From the NCBI GenBank assembly GCA_973895155.1, contig OZ316897.1:12771375-12835374 (forward strand): DNA of 64,000 nucleotides, in the 5' to 3' direction. The stretch is from Marsupella aquatica. Its lineage: Eukaryota > Plantae > Marchantiophyta. This document shows positions 62,097 through 64,000 of the stretch, piece after piece; within the stretch, counting starts at the first letter, position 1; each line of letters opens with the position of its first letter. Made by a program: the position numbers and the translations under genes. The notes under the pieces are model-generated. The model saw nothing but the letters and a program-made list of their open reading frames with translations, was not told the origin of the DNA and ran no database searches.

Positions 62097-63239
62097 ATGG
62101 GTTCTCAGCAAGAGCTGCCGAAGACGCACCGGGCCCTCGTTCTAACTTCGAGGAGTGAGCCTCTCAAAGTCGAGACTGTTCCCACACCGCAGCCGAGACC
62201 TGGTAGTGCGGTGGTCCGCATCATTGCAGCGCCCATTCTATCGTTTGCACGTGACGTATATGAAGGTGTTCGCCCACACTCCTTCCCCACACCTCTCGTG
62301 GTAGGCTACAGCGCCATCGGACGCATTGCAGCTGTCGGTCCCGACGCGACGCTGCTCACGCCCGGCCAACTTGTGTTCTTCGACTCAACAATTGGAGCTC
62401 GCGACGACCCAGGGGGTGCCATATTCCTGTCCGGCGTCATCGATGGGTTTTCTGCTGGCAGCAAGAAGCTGATGGCAGGAGAGTGGAGAGATTCGACTTA
62501 CGCGGAGTACGCGAAGGTGCCACTTGAGAATTGTCATTTGCTGAACGAGAGACAGCTCCTTGGGAGTGTTGGCGATGGCGGCCTCGGGTACAGTGTCGAA
62601 TCCCTAGCAATCATTTCTCGAATGCTGGTTCCCTACGGTGGGCTGAGGGATGTCAATGTCAAGGCTGGGGAGACGGTCATCGTCGCACCGGCAACGGGAC
62701 CCTACGGTGGATGTGCAGTGCTCGTTGCCCTTGCGATGGGCGCAAGGGTTATAGCCATGGGACGTAATGTCGATGTCTTGAAGAAGCTTGCTGTGCTAAA
62801 CCCCACCCGGGTCAAGACCGTGGAGATTACAGGCGATGCGGAGGCCCAGACCAACAGACTGCACAGTTGCTTCGGGCCCGTGGATGTGTTTTTCGACATC
62901 TCTCCGGCGCAGGCTGCCAAGTCGACGCACATTACTAGTGGGATCCTTGCGCTGAGGCATGGAGGGCGGATCAGTCTCATGGGCGGCATACGTGACGACA
63001 TCTCCATTCCACATTTCACTCTGGTGCATCGCAACCTCCAGCTGAAAGGGTGCTGCATGTATCCTCAGCAGGCAGTCGGAGAGCTTATTAAGATGATTGA
63101 GGCTGATGTGCTGAGGATCGACGAAAGAAGCATCGGACAGAGGTATGTTGGTAAGTTCGAATTAGACGACTGGGACAGTGCCTTAACTGCAGCCGCGGAA
63201 AATGTGGGGATGGGCGAGCTTACCTTGTTTAGCCTGTGA
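62097..63239 (+). CDS. Intronless medium-chain dehydrogenase/reductase, fungal-type, copy B
   Basis: 380-aa ORF colinear with 54505-55647 (about 62 differences by manual count, ~84% identity). Same motifs, no introns. Confidence 0.93.
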   Translation: MGSQQELPKTHRALVLTSRSEPLKVETVPTPQPRPGSAVVRIIAAPILSFARDVYEGVRPHSFPTPLVVGYSAIGRIAAVGPDATLLTPGQLVFFDSTIGARDDPGGAIFLSGVIDGFSAGSKKLMAGEWRDSTYAEYAKVPLENCHLLNERQLLGSVGDGGLGYSVESLAIISRMLVPYGGLRDVNVKAGETVIVAPATGPYGGCAVLVALAMGARVIAMGRNVDVLKKLAVLNPTRVKTVEITGDAEAQTNRLHSCFGPVDVFFDISPAQAAKSTHITSGILALRHGGRISLMGGIRDDISIPHFTLVHRNLQLKGCCMYPQQAVGELIKMIEADVLRIDERSIGQRYVGKFELDDWDSALTAAAENVGMGELTLFSL

Positions 63240-64000
63240 AGCTGATTCAGCATCGACCCATTTTTCTTCACACAATTCAATGTCTGTGTCTCCCTGGATT
63301 GAGAAAAACTTATTCTCTTCCTTCGACCGTAAATGGCCAATTTTCTGTAGGAAATGATCCGAGTCGGCACCGATTTGGGAGGGATATTATGAGTTGAGAT
63401 GATAGGTGACAGTTGCTGAGAGCGAATAATCGCGAAGGCCCACTACGCAGCTAGGTCTACTGTGCTTAGTGACGAGGGGACAATCACGCCCGTTATGATA
63501 CCCAGAGCTTGGAAAGGATAGTTACCTTTCAAAACTAAGTATGGAGACGAAGGTTCTGTACACGCCCACGCATTGTAGATAACGCAATGTGAAAAGTTGA
63601 GAGTATGATGGCCCTGTTGGCTTTTATGTTTTCTCTCGCTAACTATGAACGATTCAGGATCTGTGTGATCGATTTCAAGTTCTTCGTAATTCACCTTCGA
63701 GGATAAAAATTACAGGGTAATGTAGTAGAAGTTGAGCAGCTCGAAAGGACCGGCTTCTTCATCGTCGGTACGTTTCCTATCTCTTTGCTATCCACCATAT
63801 TACCCGAAAGAGTTGGACGCCTAAGTCTCGTTAAGAGTAGTTGTTATACGTTCTTTGCAAAGAAGATTATGACCACTGCTGTTCAACAGGGTACATGGGA
63901 AAACAATATCTCTGGAAAACCCACTTTGAACCGGCGTTTCCTCATCTCAGAAAGGCCCTTACATACCGGGTGGAAGAACCAGAAGACAAAATGTCACAAG

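Larger units (their letters stand above)
54305..63460. repeat. Inverted segmental duplication: arms ~54305-56030 and ~61695-63460 with a ~5.7 kb spacer
   Basis: Homology extends beyond the CDSs. 5' flanks share gtgtgacttact..ctacgta / tacgtag..agtaagtcacac; 3' flanks share tagacct.gc.gcgtagtgggcc / ggcccactacgcagctaggtcta. Confidence 0.9.

Noticed and set aside
54505-63239. Fungal contamination of the assembly
   Set aside because: The genes are interleaved with SINE and Helitron families that also occur beside plant genes in this window, and they lack introns. Long-read confirmation is still advisable.

Overview
Eukaryotic, intron-rich land-plant DNA. Gene style and protein sequences suggest a bryophyte, probably a liverwort; this is inference, not proof. 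Six protein-coding genes are supported: FAB1/PIKfyve PI3P 5-kinase (-, 11 coding exons, one GC-AG intron); Ran GTPase (-, 8 coding exons); a 9-exon chromatin protein (+) joining an N-terminal bromodomain to three KANSL1/NSL1-like motifs (Trp-rich coiled coil, WDR5-binding Win motif, PEHE domain); an MDP-1-family HAD phosphatase with an organellar transit-peptide-like N-terminus (+), which appears to need microexons to stay in frame; and two intronless, fungal-looking medium-chain dehydrogenase/reductase genes forming a head-to-head inverted duplication (candidate horizontal transfer). Intergenic DNA holds two copies of a tRNA-derived SINE with target-site duplications, Helitron 3' ends, several non-autonomous TIR elements and tandem repeats. 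The most notable items are the bromodomain-KANSL1-like protein (a possible plant NSL-type acetyltransferase scaffold), the fungal-type MDR pair, and the MDP-1 microexon puzzle. Exon boundaries were read by eye from GT/AG signals and reading frame. Homolog sequences used for comparison are recalled from memory; no searches were run.
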